Origin: Candidatus Eremiobacteria bacterium
Lineage (GTDB): Bacteria > Vulcanimicrobiota > Vulcanimicrobiia > Vulcanimicrobiales > Vulcanimicrobiaceae
Length of the DNA: 64,000 nt
Direction of reading: 5' to 3'
NCBI GenBank assembly: GCA_963737065.1
Contig: CAVTRC010000002.1
Span: forward strand, 96,001-160,000
Notes under the pieces: model-generated
Database searches by the model: none
The model's input: the letters and a program-made list of their open reading frames with translations, nothing else
What the model was told of the DNA's origin: nothing
Part shown: positions 9,469-17,112 of the stretch, in pieces
How the letters are laid out: each line of letters opens with the position of its first letter
Numbering within the stretch: the first letter of the stretch is position 1
Program-made: the position numbers and the translations under genes

Positions 9469-10019
9469 TGGACGTTTCTCGGGCGCAGTTGATGACGGCG
9501 ATGCAGCGATGGCGTTTTCTCGGAGATTCGCCACCGGATGCAGCGATTCGCTGGATCGACTCGTTCTTAGAGGCGTACGGTGAACGGCTGGCCGGCGTCG
9601 ACGACGCCTATCCGTTCGTCGCTGCGCTGCGAGCGGAGGCGTGTGTGATCCCGGCCCTCGAACTGGAACGGCTCCGTACGCGCAACGTACTGTTCTTTCT
9701 CGATTCCGTAGGCCAGTATATCGACGATCAGCCGGAACTGCGCGCTTTGCCGCTTTCTCAAGACATTCCGGCGATTGCGGCAGAATTCGGCATATCGAAA
9801 GAGGACGCGTTTTATGCCGTACGCATGGCGCTTACGGGAGCCAAAGATGGACCGCCGCTCGAACTGCTTTTTCCGCTGCTGGGCCACGACCGCATGCTCA
9901 TGCGTATCGGGGCGGTGAATTCGCGCTTGCTGCACGGACGTGGCCTCGAACCGATCAAATATGGCCCGGATGGGAAGCCGTTCGAACCGATTCGCTCGAA
10001 GGCGCCCGATGACGTCTGA
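9468..10019 (+). CDS. Stand-alone protein resembling the C-terminal helical anticodon-binding domain of glutamyl-tRNA synthetase
   Basis: VRMALTGAKDGPPLELLFPLLGHDRMLMRI matches the GluRS C-terminal pattern; no HIGH or KMSKS motif; occupies the gltX position. Confidence 0.75.
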   Translation: MDVSRAQLMTAMQRWRFLGDSPPDAAIRWIDSFLEAYGERLAGVDDAYPFVAALRAEACVIPALELERLRTRNVLFFLDSVGQYIDDQPELRALPLSQDIPAIAAEFGISKEDAFYAVRMALTGAKDGPPLELLFPLLGHDRMLMRIGAVNSRLLHGRGLEPIKYGPDGKPFEPIRSKAPDDV

Positions 10020-10695
10020 TCTGCTCGACACGCTTCGTCGCGATCTGAATGCGCCGCTCGAGCGCGATCCCGCAGTCCGTGGTTCACTGGACGTTATTTT
10101 GTCGTATCCCGGGTTTCATGCGATCGTTGCGTATCGACTGTTTCACACGCTGCATCGCGCCGGCATTCCGCTGTTGCCGCGCTGGCTTTCGCACGTCACG
10201 CGCTTTTTCACCGGGATCGAAATTCATCCAGGAGCGACGATCGGCGAAAACGTCTTCATCGATCACGGCATGGGTGTCGTCATCGGTGAGACCGCCGAAG
10301 TGGGCGAGGGGTGCACGATTTACCAAGGCGTGACGCTCGGCGGCACGAGCTTGAAGCGCACGAAGCGCCACCCGACGCTTGGCCAAAATGTCACGGTCGG
10401 GGCAAACGCATGCGTTATCGGCGCGATTTTTATCGGTGACAATGCGCGCGTCGGCAGCGGCTCCGTCGTCGTGCGCGACGTTCCGGCCAATGCGACGGTT
10501 GTCGGTATTCCCGCACACGTGGTCGCGATGGACGGAAAACCGGTGCGCGCCGTGCCTGACCGTCCGCAAGTCGAAATGCCCGATCCGAATGAAACGGCGA
10601 TCAAGGAACTGAACCGCCGTATCGTACAGCTGGAAGATCGCATCGACACCATCGAAGGTAAGGAAGGCGAAGAGCACTGGTCGTGGGTGATTTAA
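10009..10695 (+). CDS. cysE: Serine O-acetyltransferase
   Basis: ERDPA, YPGFHA, TGIEIHPGATIG, FIDHGMGVVIGET, KRHPT and hexapeptide repeats. Confidence 0.96.
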   Translation: MTSDLLDTLRRDLNAPLERDPAVRGSLDVILSYPGFHAIVAYRLFHTLHRAGIPLLPRWLSHVTRFFTGIEIHPGATIGENVFIDHGMGVVIGETAEVGEGCTIYQGVTLGGTSLKRTKRHPTLGQNVTVGANACVIGAIFIGDNARVGSGSVVVRDVPANATVVGIPAHVVAMDGKPVRAVPDRPQVEMPDPNETAIKELNRRIVQLEDRIDTIEGKEGEEHWSWVI

Positions 10696-12125
10696 AGCTT
10701 TACAACACACGAACGCGCACGCTCGAAAAGTTTCACCCGCTCTCGGCGGGTGACGTTCGTATCTATGTCTGTGGACTAACTCCCTCGGCTCAAGCACACC
10801 TCGGCCATGCCCGCTCATTCCTGTTTTTCGATCTGCTCCGCCGCTACTTGACGTATCGCGGCTATCGCGTGATGTACGTGCAAAACGTTACGGATATCGA
10901 CGATCGCAGTATCAACCGCGCGCGCGAAACAGGCGAAGACTGGTACAAAATCGTCTCCGATTACTATACGGAGTTCAAAACTTCGATGCGCGCGCTCGGC
11001 GTCATTGAGCCGGACGAGGAACCATACGCGACAAAATTTATTCCACAAATCGAAGCGATGATTCGCCAGTTGATCGAACGGGGCTACGCCTACGTCGTTG
11101 AAGACGGCATCTACTATCGCGTCAACCGCTTTCCAAATTATGGAAAGCTCAGCAACCGCAACATCGAAGAACTCGAAGCGGGCGCACGCATCGAAATCGG
11201 CGAGCACAAAGACGATCCACTGGACTTCGCGTTGTGGAAGTTCGCAAAGCCGGGCGAACCGAAGTGGCCCTTCGACCCTTACGGTGACGGGCGTCCCGGT
11301 TGGCACATCGAATGTTCGGCGATGTCGCACACGTTGCTCGATCCGCAAGGAAACGGGTTCGATATTCACGGGGGTGGTGCGGACTTGATCTTTCCGCATC
11401 ACGAGAATGAGATCGCGCAGAGCGAACCGCTGATGCTCCATCCACCGATGGCGAGTTTTTGGGTGCACGGCGGATTGCTGAATTTCGAGGGGCGGAAGAT
11501 GTCGAAATCGCTCGGCAATTTCGAGCCGCTCGTGGACCTTCTCGCGCGTCACGATCCGCAAGCGATTCGCTTGGCGTTTTTGACCACGGGCTACAGCAAG
11601 GTGATGAACTTTACGGAAGATTCGCTGCGCGCCTCGTATGCCACGCTTGATAAGTTGAAGCGCGCGTATCGCGGAATGCATCCCGGCGGCGTCGTCATGC
11701 CCGTTCACAACATCGCGAACGGATTGCCGGCACGCGTTGCGGATTTTCTCGACGAAGACATGAATACGGCTGCGGCGCTTGCCGAAGTGCTCGCGTTCAT
11801 CAAAGATGCGCGGCCCAGTGGGCTCGCGGAGTTCGAAACAGCGCTGTGGCTGCTCGGCATCGAACCGGACGGTGCGTGGCTGGTGGAAGAAGTGACGCCT
11901 ATTCCGGTCGATCTGCTCGAACGTTTGCGTGCGGAGCTCGGCGGCGAACTCTCATTCAACGGCGCGACGCCGGAGGACGCCGTCGCGCTCGTCATTGCGC
12001 GGCGCGCATCTGCGCGCGCCGCAAAAGACTGGGGCGCATCCGATCGTCTACGCGACGCACTCGCCCGCTGCGGCATCTCGATCAAGGATTCGAGGGAAGG
12101 CACGACTTGGACCGTCGCGCAGTAA
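10683..12125 (+). CDS. cysS: Cysteine--tRNA ligase
   Basis: HLGH (HIGH-type), NVTDIDD, DFALWK, GRPGWHIECSAM, FPHHENE, KMSKS, DRLRD. Confidence 0.97.
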   Translation: MGDLKLYNTRTRTLEKFHPLSAGDVRIYVCGLTPSAQAHLGHARSFLFFDLLRRYLTYRGYRVMYVQNVTDIDDRSINRARETGEDWYKIVSDYYTEFKTSMRALGVIEPDEEPYATKFIPQIEAMIRQLIERGYAYVVEDGIYYRVNRFPNYGKLSNRNIEELEAGARIEIGEHKDDPLDFALWKFAKPGEPKWPFDPYGDGRPGWHIECSAMSHTLLDPQGNGFDIHGGGADLIFPHHENEIAQSEPLMLHPPMASFWVHGGLLNFEGRKMSKSLGNFEPLVDLLARHDPQAIRLAFLTTGYSKVMNFTEDSLRASYATLDKLKRAYRGMHPGGVVMPVHNIANGLPARVADFLDEDMNTAAALAEVLAFIKDARPSGLAEFETALWLLGIEPDGAWLVEEVTPIPVDLLERLRAELGGELSFNGATPEDAVALVIARRASARAAKDWGASDRLRDALARCGISIKDSREGTTWTVAQ

Positions 12126-12127
12126 AC

Positions 12128-12520
12128 GGACCCGCGCGCGCTTTACGTATGGGGAGGCGCAGCGCAGAGTGCTGTTAGCCGAGTGCTGTTAAACGAAAGG
12201 GGTCTCCAAAGTGCGCAGCACGTTCGGTGAAGGGGACCCACGCGCTTTGCGTGTGGGGGCGCGCAGCGCGCAGCGCGGAGTGCTGTTAAACGAAAGGGGT
12301 CTCCAAAGTGCGCAGCACGTTCGGTGAAGGGGACCCACGCGCTTTGCGTGTGGGGGCGCGCAGCGCGCAGCGCGGAGTGCTGTTAAACGAAAGGGGTCCC
12401 CAAAGTGCGCAGCACGTTCGGTGAAGGGGATCCACGCGCTTTGCGTGTGGGGGCGCGCAGCGCGCAGCGCGGAGTGCTGTTAAACGAAAGGGATCCCCAA
12501 AGTGCGCAGCACTTTGGGGC
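12128..12520. repeat. Tandem 97-bp palindromic (REP/BIME-like) repeat: 3 full units, a partial fourth and a degenerate lead-in
   Basis: GAGTGCTGTTAAACGAAAGGG starts at 12181, 12278, 12375 and 12472; each unit contains two hairpins. Confidence 0.95.
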
Positions 12521-12528
12521 AAGGCGAC

Positions 12529-13326
12529 ATGGACCGTAGCAAGGTGAAACCGCGCCGTCAGCCGCGTCTCGATTTCGACGACGTGATGTACGGCGTGCAC
12601 GTTGTCGAAGAAGCATTGTCGGCCGGTGAGACGCTGCGTGCGATTCACATCTCCGACGAGCGCAAGCGCGATCCTTTGCTGCGCAAAATCATCGGTGAAG
12701 CAAAGCAGCGCGATATTCGCGTGCGATTCGAAGACCGCGCGTTCTTTACGCAGCTGCCGTTCAAGGCGCATCAAGGGATCATCGCGATTGCGCCGCCGTT
12801 CCAGTACGCGTCGTTGGACGACGTGATGAGTAAGCGAAAACCGACGAGCGCACTGTTCGTGTTGCTCGATCACCTTACCGATCCGCACAACGTGGGCGCG
12901 ATCGTTCGCAGCGCGGAGTGTTTCGGTGCCGATGCGGTAATTTTGCCCGAACGGCGCTCGGCGGGGATCAACGCAACCGTTCGCAAAGCCGCCGCCGGCG
13001 CAGCCCAACATATTGCAATCGTGCGCGTTTCGAATATCAACGACGCGATTCGTCAAATCAAGAAGGCGGGCGTTTGGGTTGCCGGCGCCCATGCCGGCGA
13101 AAGTTCCGTCGACGTGAGCGAGGCGGATTTCAATCGCGACATCGCGCTCGTTATTGGTGCAGAGGGCGAGGGACTCGCGCAGCTCGTGCGGCGTGAGTGC
13201 GACTACTTGGTACGCATTCCGATGCGTGGGGTCATTGAATCGTTGAATGCCTCGGTTGCTGCCGGCGTGTTAATGTACGAAGTCGTCCGACAAAGATTGC
13301 AGCAAGCCGCATCAGTCCACAGCTAA
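12529..13326 (+). CDS. rlmB: 23S rRNA Gm2251 2'-O-methyltransferase RlmB (TrmH family)
   Basis: YGVHVVEEAL, HQG, LDHLTDPHNVGAIVRSA, GAEGEG, IPMRG, ESLNASVA. Confidence 0.93.
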   Translation: MDRSKVKPRRQPRLDFDDVMYGVHVVEEALSAGETLRAIHISDERKRDPLLRKIIGEAKQRDIRVRFEDRAFFTQLPFKAHQGIIAIAPPFQYASLDDVMSKRKPTSALFVLLDHLTDPHNVGAIVRSAECFGADAVILPERRSAGINATVRKAAAGAAQHIAIVRVSNINDAIRQIKKAGVWVAGAHAGESSVDVSEADFNRDIALVIGAEGEGLAQLVRRECDYLVRIPMRGVIESLNASVAAGVLMYEVVRQRLQQAASVHS

Positions 13327-13352
13327 TCCCCAACATTATGCTTGCGTTATCC

Positions 13353-13381
13353 TTGACGCGAGAAGGACCCCCTCCTATAAT
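13353..13381 (+). promoter_or_regulatory. Sigma70-type promoter of sigH
   Basis: TTGACG-N17-TATAAT. Confidence 0.75.
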
Positions 13382-13456
13382 CACGTGGATGTGTCGCGTT
13401 CGACGGACTGCGGCCCGCGTGTTTCGGCACAGCGACTACCACGAGGCGTTAATTAC

Positions 13457-14104
13457 ATGGCTATGACCCATCCTGTTCCGGATGGATTGGAGTACAACGA
13501 GAGAGCCGACGAAGATCTCGTTGCCATCGCGAAATCGGGCGACAACCTGGCGATGGAGTACCTGCTCAACAAGTACAAAAACTTCGTTCGAATCAAGGCC
13601 AAGAGCTACTTCTTGATCGGCGCGGACCGTGAGGACATCATTCAAGAAGGAATGATTGGCCTCTATAAAGCCGTGCGTGACTTCAAAGCGGATAAGCTTT
13701 CAAGCTTCCGTGCGTTTGCTGAGCTATGCATCACCCGCCAGATCATTACGGCGATTAAGACGGCGACGCGCCAGAAGCACATTCCGCTTAACCAATACAT
13801 CTCACTGAACAAGCCGATCTACGACGAGGACAGCGAGCGCACGCTTCTCGACGTGATGGCCTCGCAAAAAACCTCGGATCCCGAGGAACTGGTCGTCACG
13901 CAAGAAGTCTCCGACGATATCCGCCAGCGCATCCGCCAAAATCTCTCCGAGCTGGAATCGCAGGTCTTGGAATCATACCTGGAAGGCAAAAGCTACCAAG
14001 AGATGGCGCGCGATCTCGGCCGCCACGTGAAATCGATCGACAACGCGCTGCAGCGCGTGAAACGCAAGATCGAAAAGAACCTCGCGGAGTTCGAGTTCCA
14101 GTAA
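13457..14104 (+). CDS. sigH: RNA polymerase sigma factor SigH (Spo0H type)
   Basis: KAKSYFLIGADREDIIQEGMIGLYKA, FAELCITRQIITAIKTATRQKHIPLN, KSIDNALQRVKRK. Confidence 0.95.
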   Translation: MAMTHPVPDGLEYNERADEDLVAIAKSGDNLAMEYLLNKYKNFVRIKAKSYFLIGADREDIIQEGMIGLYKAVRDFKADKLSSFRAFAELCITRQIITAIKTATRQKHIPLNQYISLNKPIYDEDSERTLLDVMASQKTSDPEELVVTQEVSDDIRQRIRQNLSELESQVLESYLEGKSYQEMARDLGRHVKSIDNALQRVKRKIEKNLAEFEFQ

Positions 14105-14134
14105 GCAAAGATCGCAATTCCGGTAAGCATCCAA

Positions 14135-14172
14135 AAGAAGAAGCCGCATCGAGACGACGATGCGGCTTTCTT
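14135..14172. terminator. Probable bidirectional intrinsic terminator between sigH and the SRPBCC gene
   Basis: AAGCCGCATCG-agacga-CGATGCGGCTT with A-rich and T-rich flanks. Confidence 0.75.
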
Positions 14173-14174
14173 GC

Positions 14175-14615
14175 TTAGAGCCTTGTTACATAGGCGTCGA
14201 GCCAACCCAGCACAACCGTCCAGCCCGCTTCGTGGTCATCGTACATCTCTTGATTGGGGAAGCCGGAATGCGTCAGACGAACGCGCGTCTTCCCGTTGGT
14301 CTCCGTGAGATCGAACCGGACGACGGTTTCGGTCGGTTCCCCGAACCGATTGTGAATCCAGGTGAATTCCAGCACGTTCGGCGGTTCGATCAGCCGGTAC
14401 ACGCCGTGGACGCAATGATCCTCCGGAATACTGCTGACCATTTGCCATCTTCCGCCGACGTGAACGTCCGCCTCAAAAGACTCGAGCCGGTGCATATCGT
14501 TGTTCCACCACTCGGAAAGTTCGGACGGGTCTGTGAGCGCTGCGAAAACCTTTGCAGCGGGCGCATCGATGTCGATCTCTTTGACGATCGCGGGAAGGAC
14601 TTGAGTCGTACTCAT
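14175..14615 (-). CDS. SRPBCC/AHSA1 domain protein
   Basis: IDAPAAKVFAALTDPSELSEWW, DVHVGG, LEFTW, TRVRLTH, GW. Confidence 0.9.
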   Translation of the reverse strand: MSTTQVLPAIVKEIDIDAPAAKVFAALTDPSELSEWWNNDMHRLESFEADVHVGGRWQMVSSIPEDHCVHGVYRLIEPPNVLEFTWIHNRFGEPTETVVRFDLTETNGKTRVRLTHSGFPNQEMYDDHEAGWTVVLGWLDAYVTRL

Positions 14616-14926
14616 CGTTTATTCTCCACGTGGGCTTTGAGACGCGCAAGACTGCGATCCCAGAAGTGCTTGTAGTCGTCGAGCCAGGCGTCCACGCATT
14701 TGAGCGGTTCCGGATTGAGTTCGCACATGCGCGCGGCTCCCTGCGGCGTGTCTTTTACGAGCTTCGCTTCACGCAAGATGCGTAAGTGTTTAGAGATTGC
14801 AGGACGGCTCGTGTGAAAATTCGCGGCCAAATCGCCGACGGTACAGGCGCCGTTTCGCAAGATGCCGAGGATCTCGCGGCGGGTCGGATCGGCGAGGGCC
14901 TTGAAGACAAGATGTGAGGTAACCAT
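14612..14926 (-). CDS. ArsR/SmtB family transcriptional regulator (start 14926 or 14938)
   Basis: VFKALADPTRREIL, SRPAISKHLRILREAKLV; typical ArsR-SRPBCC pair. Confidence 0.92.
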   Translation of the reverse strand: MVTSHLVFKALADPTRREILGILRNGACTVGDLAANFHTSRPAISKHLRILREAKLVKDTPQGAARMCELNPEPLKCVDAWLDDYKHFWDRSLARLKAHVENKR

Positions 14927-14967
14927 TCGGTTACGCATATGGTAGCCGAATGGTTACGAATCGTCAA
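14919..14967 (-). promoter_or_regulatory. Promoter with two palindromic operator boxes for the ArsR gene
   Basis: GTAACC-N4-GGTTAC at 14919-14934 and GTAGCC-N4-GGTTAC at 14942-14957; minus-strand TTGACG-N17-TACCAT. Confidence 0.75.
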
Positions 14968-15113
14968 CCGGCTTGACCGGCAATTCTGTCTGTTTGCATA
15001 AGCGACGGACCGTCGTCTCGTCGTCGGTCGGGCAAGCTACGTTCGCGCTGCGCGTACAGACGCGCCAGGCCGACGCAGAACTCTCCGCACACGGGCGGAA
15101 CCCGCTTCAGGTC

Positions 15114-15488
15114 TTACTTTCGTTGATGGAGTCCGAAGTAATTTCCGTCAGGGTCTTGGCACCACTCGGAAAAACACGGGTCGCCCGTCCCGAACCGCTT
15201 GACGTAGGTTCCACCAAGTTCCACGACGCGTTTGCGCAGTGTTTCCGCATCCTCCACGCCGAACACGACCCCGCCCGTAGGAGTGAATTCTGTTGCTTCC
15301 GGGTCGCGTCCAATTGCAAGCGTATTCCCGTCGGGCAAATCGTACTCCACGTAAAAATCCTGGTACTCCACCGACGCTTTGAGGTTGAGAAGCGCCTCGT
15401 AGAACGTGCGCAATTTGTGCATATCGCGCGTTTGAACGATGACGAAATCGAAACCGCGCGTCAACGGTTCAGTGCTGGTTGTACTCAT
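15114..15488 (-). CDS. VOC/glyoxalase family protein
   Basis: FYEALLNL, VVFGVED, VVELGG, QDPDGNYFGLH. Confidence 0.85.
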   Translation of the reverse strand: MSTTSTEPLTRGFDFVIVQTRDMHKLRTFYEALLNLKASVEYQDFYVEYDLPDGNTLAIGRDPEATEFTPTGGVVFGVEDAETLRKRVVELGGTYVKRFGTGDPCFSEWCQDPDGNYFGLHQRK

Positions 15489-15524
15489 ACCGTTATACTA
15501 ACCGACCAATCCTGACATTTACCG

Positions 15525-15869
15525 TCAGGATTGTCCCTTGCCTCCCATTCGCTCGACGATGACGTCGTAGACCGCCCGTTTTTCATCGAGCGGATCGACG
15601 ACCATTACCTGCGCACGATCGCCGTTCTTCGGATCGAGGCAGACGGTCACTTTGCCTTTCGCGCACACGTCCATGCAACTCGTCGAAATCACGCGAACCG
15701 GTCCCCATTCGCCATGCTCTTTTAGCGCTGCTTTGAGCCAGTTGCGTAGATTAAAATCGCCGATGCGTTCGGCGATGTCCGGATCTTCTTCAGGGATACG
15801 TTCTTTGAAACACCGCTCGCACACGAGCACGAGGCCGCTGCTGAGCCATTTCGGTTTGACGGGCTGCAT
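15525..15869 (-). CDS. Thioredoxin-like (2Fe-2S) ferredoxin domain protein
   Basis: VLVCERC ... TSCMDVC four-cysteine pattern. Confidence 0.65.
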   Translation of the reverse strand: MQPVKPKWLSSGLVLVCERCFKERIPEEDPDIAERIGDFNLRNWLKAALKEHGEWGPVRVISTSCMDVCAKGKVTVCLDPKNGDRAQVMVVDPLDEKRAVYDVIVERMGGKGQS

Positions 15870-15946
15870 GGGGCGCTCACACTTGCGGACTCGTTTCGCA
15901 TTCCCCTTTATCACCGCGCACGAACGGCGCATCGTAATGAAAGCGG

Positions 15947-16029
15947 AGCCGACGGCCGGATTCGAACCGGCGTGCTCTTTCGAGGCGCAATTACAAATCG
16001 CGTGCTTTCAACCGCTCAGCCACGTCGGC
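15947..16029 (-). tRNA. tRNA-Thr(TGT) with a long variable arm
   Basis: Acceptor GCCGACG/CGTCGGC, discriminator T, anticodon arm CGCGA-TTTGTAA-TTGCG, 14-nt variable region, T arm GCCGG-TTCGAAT-CCGGC; CCA not encoded. Confidence 0.88.
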
Positions 16030-16329
16030 GTATGTACCCGTCTTGTGTCGGGACGTTCGGTTCAACGAGGTCGTCGAGGGTCCTTGGAACCGGCGACCGC
16101 GCTACGGCGCGCTGCGGCTTTTCGTCGGACATTCACCTTGTATGGGATTGTGTTTCCCGCCGAGCCGGTTGCCTCGACCTTGCCCTTGATTCAGCGCTCG
16201 GTATGTCGGAGTGAGCGAGTGGCGCAATCGCCATCGACGTGTTCCACTTCGAGGGGAATTCGCGCCGTCTTCGGGTGACGTTCACACCACCCGCAGCGAC
16301 GCAACGATGGGTTCTGCTACGGCTCACAT

Positions 16330-17109
16330 CTAAACCGAAGCCAAAAAACGATGCATCACATCTGCGAACGCGTCGAAATTGGTGCGGTGCAAGTTGTGCC
16401 CTTCGCCTTCGAAGGCTTTTATGTGGACGCTCGGGGAGTGATGTTGTTCAACGTATTCGATGACCGGCTCAGGGACGATCGAGCCTTCTCGTCCCGCCAT
16501 CGCGAGAAGAAGCGGCTTGCTATAGTGTGCGATATCGCCCCGCAGATCCCAAGCCGAAGCATCATTCTCATCGCGTAAGCGTTCGATCGGCCCCGTTGTC
16601 ATCGTGTGCACGGCATGGACCTTTCCCTCAACGTCGTCGGGATGCCAATCGGCGTACTCTGCGCGCGTCGCGCTATCGCGCGCGTCGCCCGTGTCCGCGA
16701 AGCTTTCGGCGAGTTCCGAGACGTACTCGTCGTACCACGCGCGATCGACTTGAACGATCATCGGATCGACCGCAACGACGCCGCGCACATCGAGCACCTC
16801 GCCGGCGCGGATAACGACCGCGCCGCCCCACGAATGACCCACGAGAACATCTACGCCGCCGACCGCAGATGCGACATTCAAGCAGTCTTGCACGCCACGC
16901 TGCAGCGTCATCGGGCCGGCAATATCCGCGCTGTCGCCGTGACCGCGCTGATCGTAGGCAACAACTCGATAGCGATCGCTGAAGCGTTGCGCGAGACGAA
17001 GCCAGGAGAGGCGGGAGCTCGTCATGCCGTGCACGCACAACATGACGGGTCCCGACGATCCCCATCGTTCGACGGTTGTAGTCGCGCAGTCGTCGAGCGT
17101 GACGATCAT
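16330..17109 (-). CDS. Alpha/beta fold hydrolase
   Basis: CVHG, YDQRGHGDS, GHSWGG nucleophile elbow, GHNLH. Confidence 0.92.
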   Translation of the reverse strand: MIVTLDDCATTTVERWGSSGPVMLCVHGMTSSRLSWLRLAQRFSDRYRVVAYDQRGHGDSADIAGPMTLQRGVQDCLNVASAVGGVDVLVGHSWGGAVVIRAGEVLDVRGVVAVDPMIVQVDRAWYDEYVSELAESFADTGDARDSATRAEYADWHPDDVEGKVHAVHTMTTGPIERLRDENDASAWDLRGDIAHYSKPLLLAMAGREGSIVPEPVIEYVEQHHSPSVHIKAFEGEGHNLHRTNFDAFADVMHRFLASV

Positions 17110-17112
17110 GTG

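Noticed and set aside
12128..12520. CRISPR array or coding region
   Set aside because: Whole 97-bp units repeat with no spacers; the period is not a multiple of 3 and the ORFs are repeat artefacts.
15947..16029. Reading this tRNA as tRNA-Tyr(GTA) or tRNA-Sec
   Set aside because: Centring GTA breaks the anticodon stem; there is no TCA anticodon and the fold is standard 7/5.
16240..16300. Cobalamin riboswitch (GGGAA...CCCGCA)
   Set aside because: Only fragmentary similarity, and no downstream gene on that strand.
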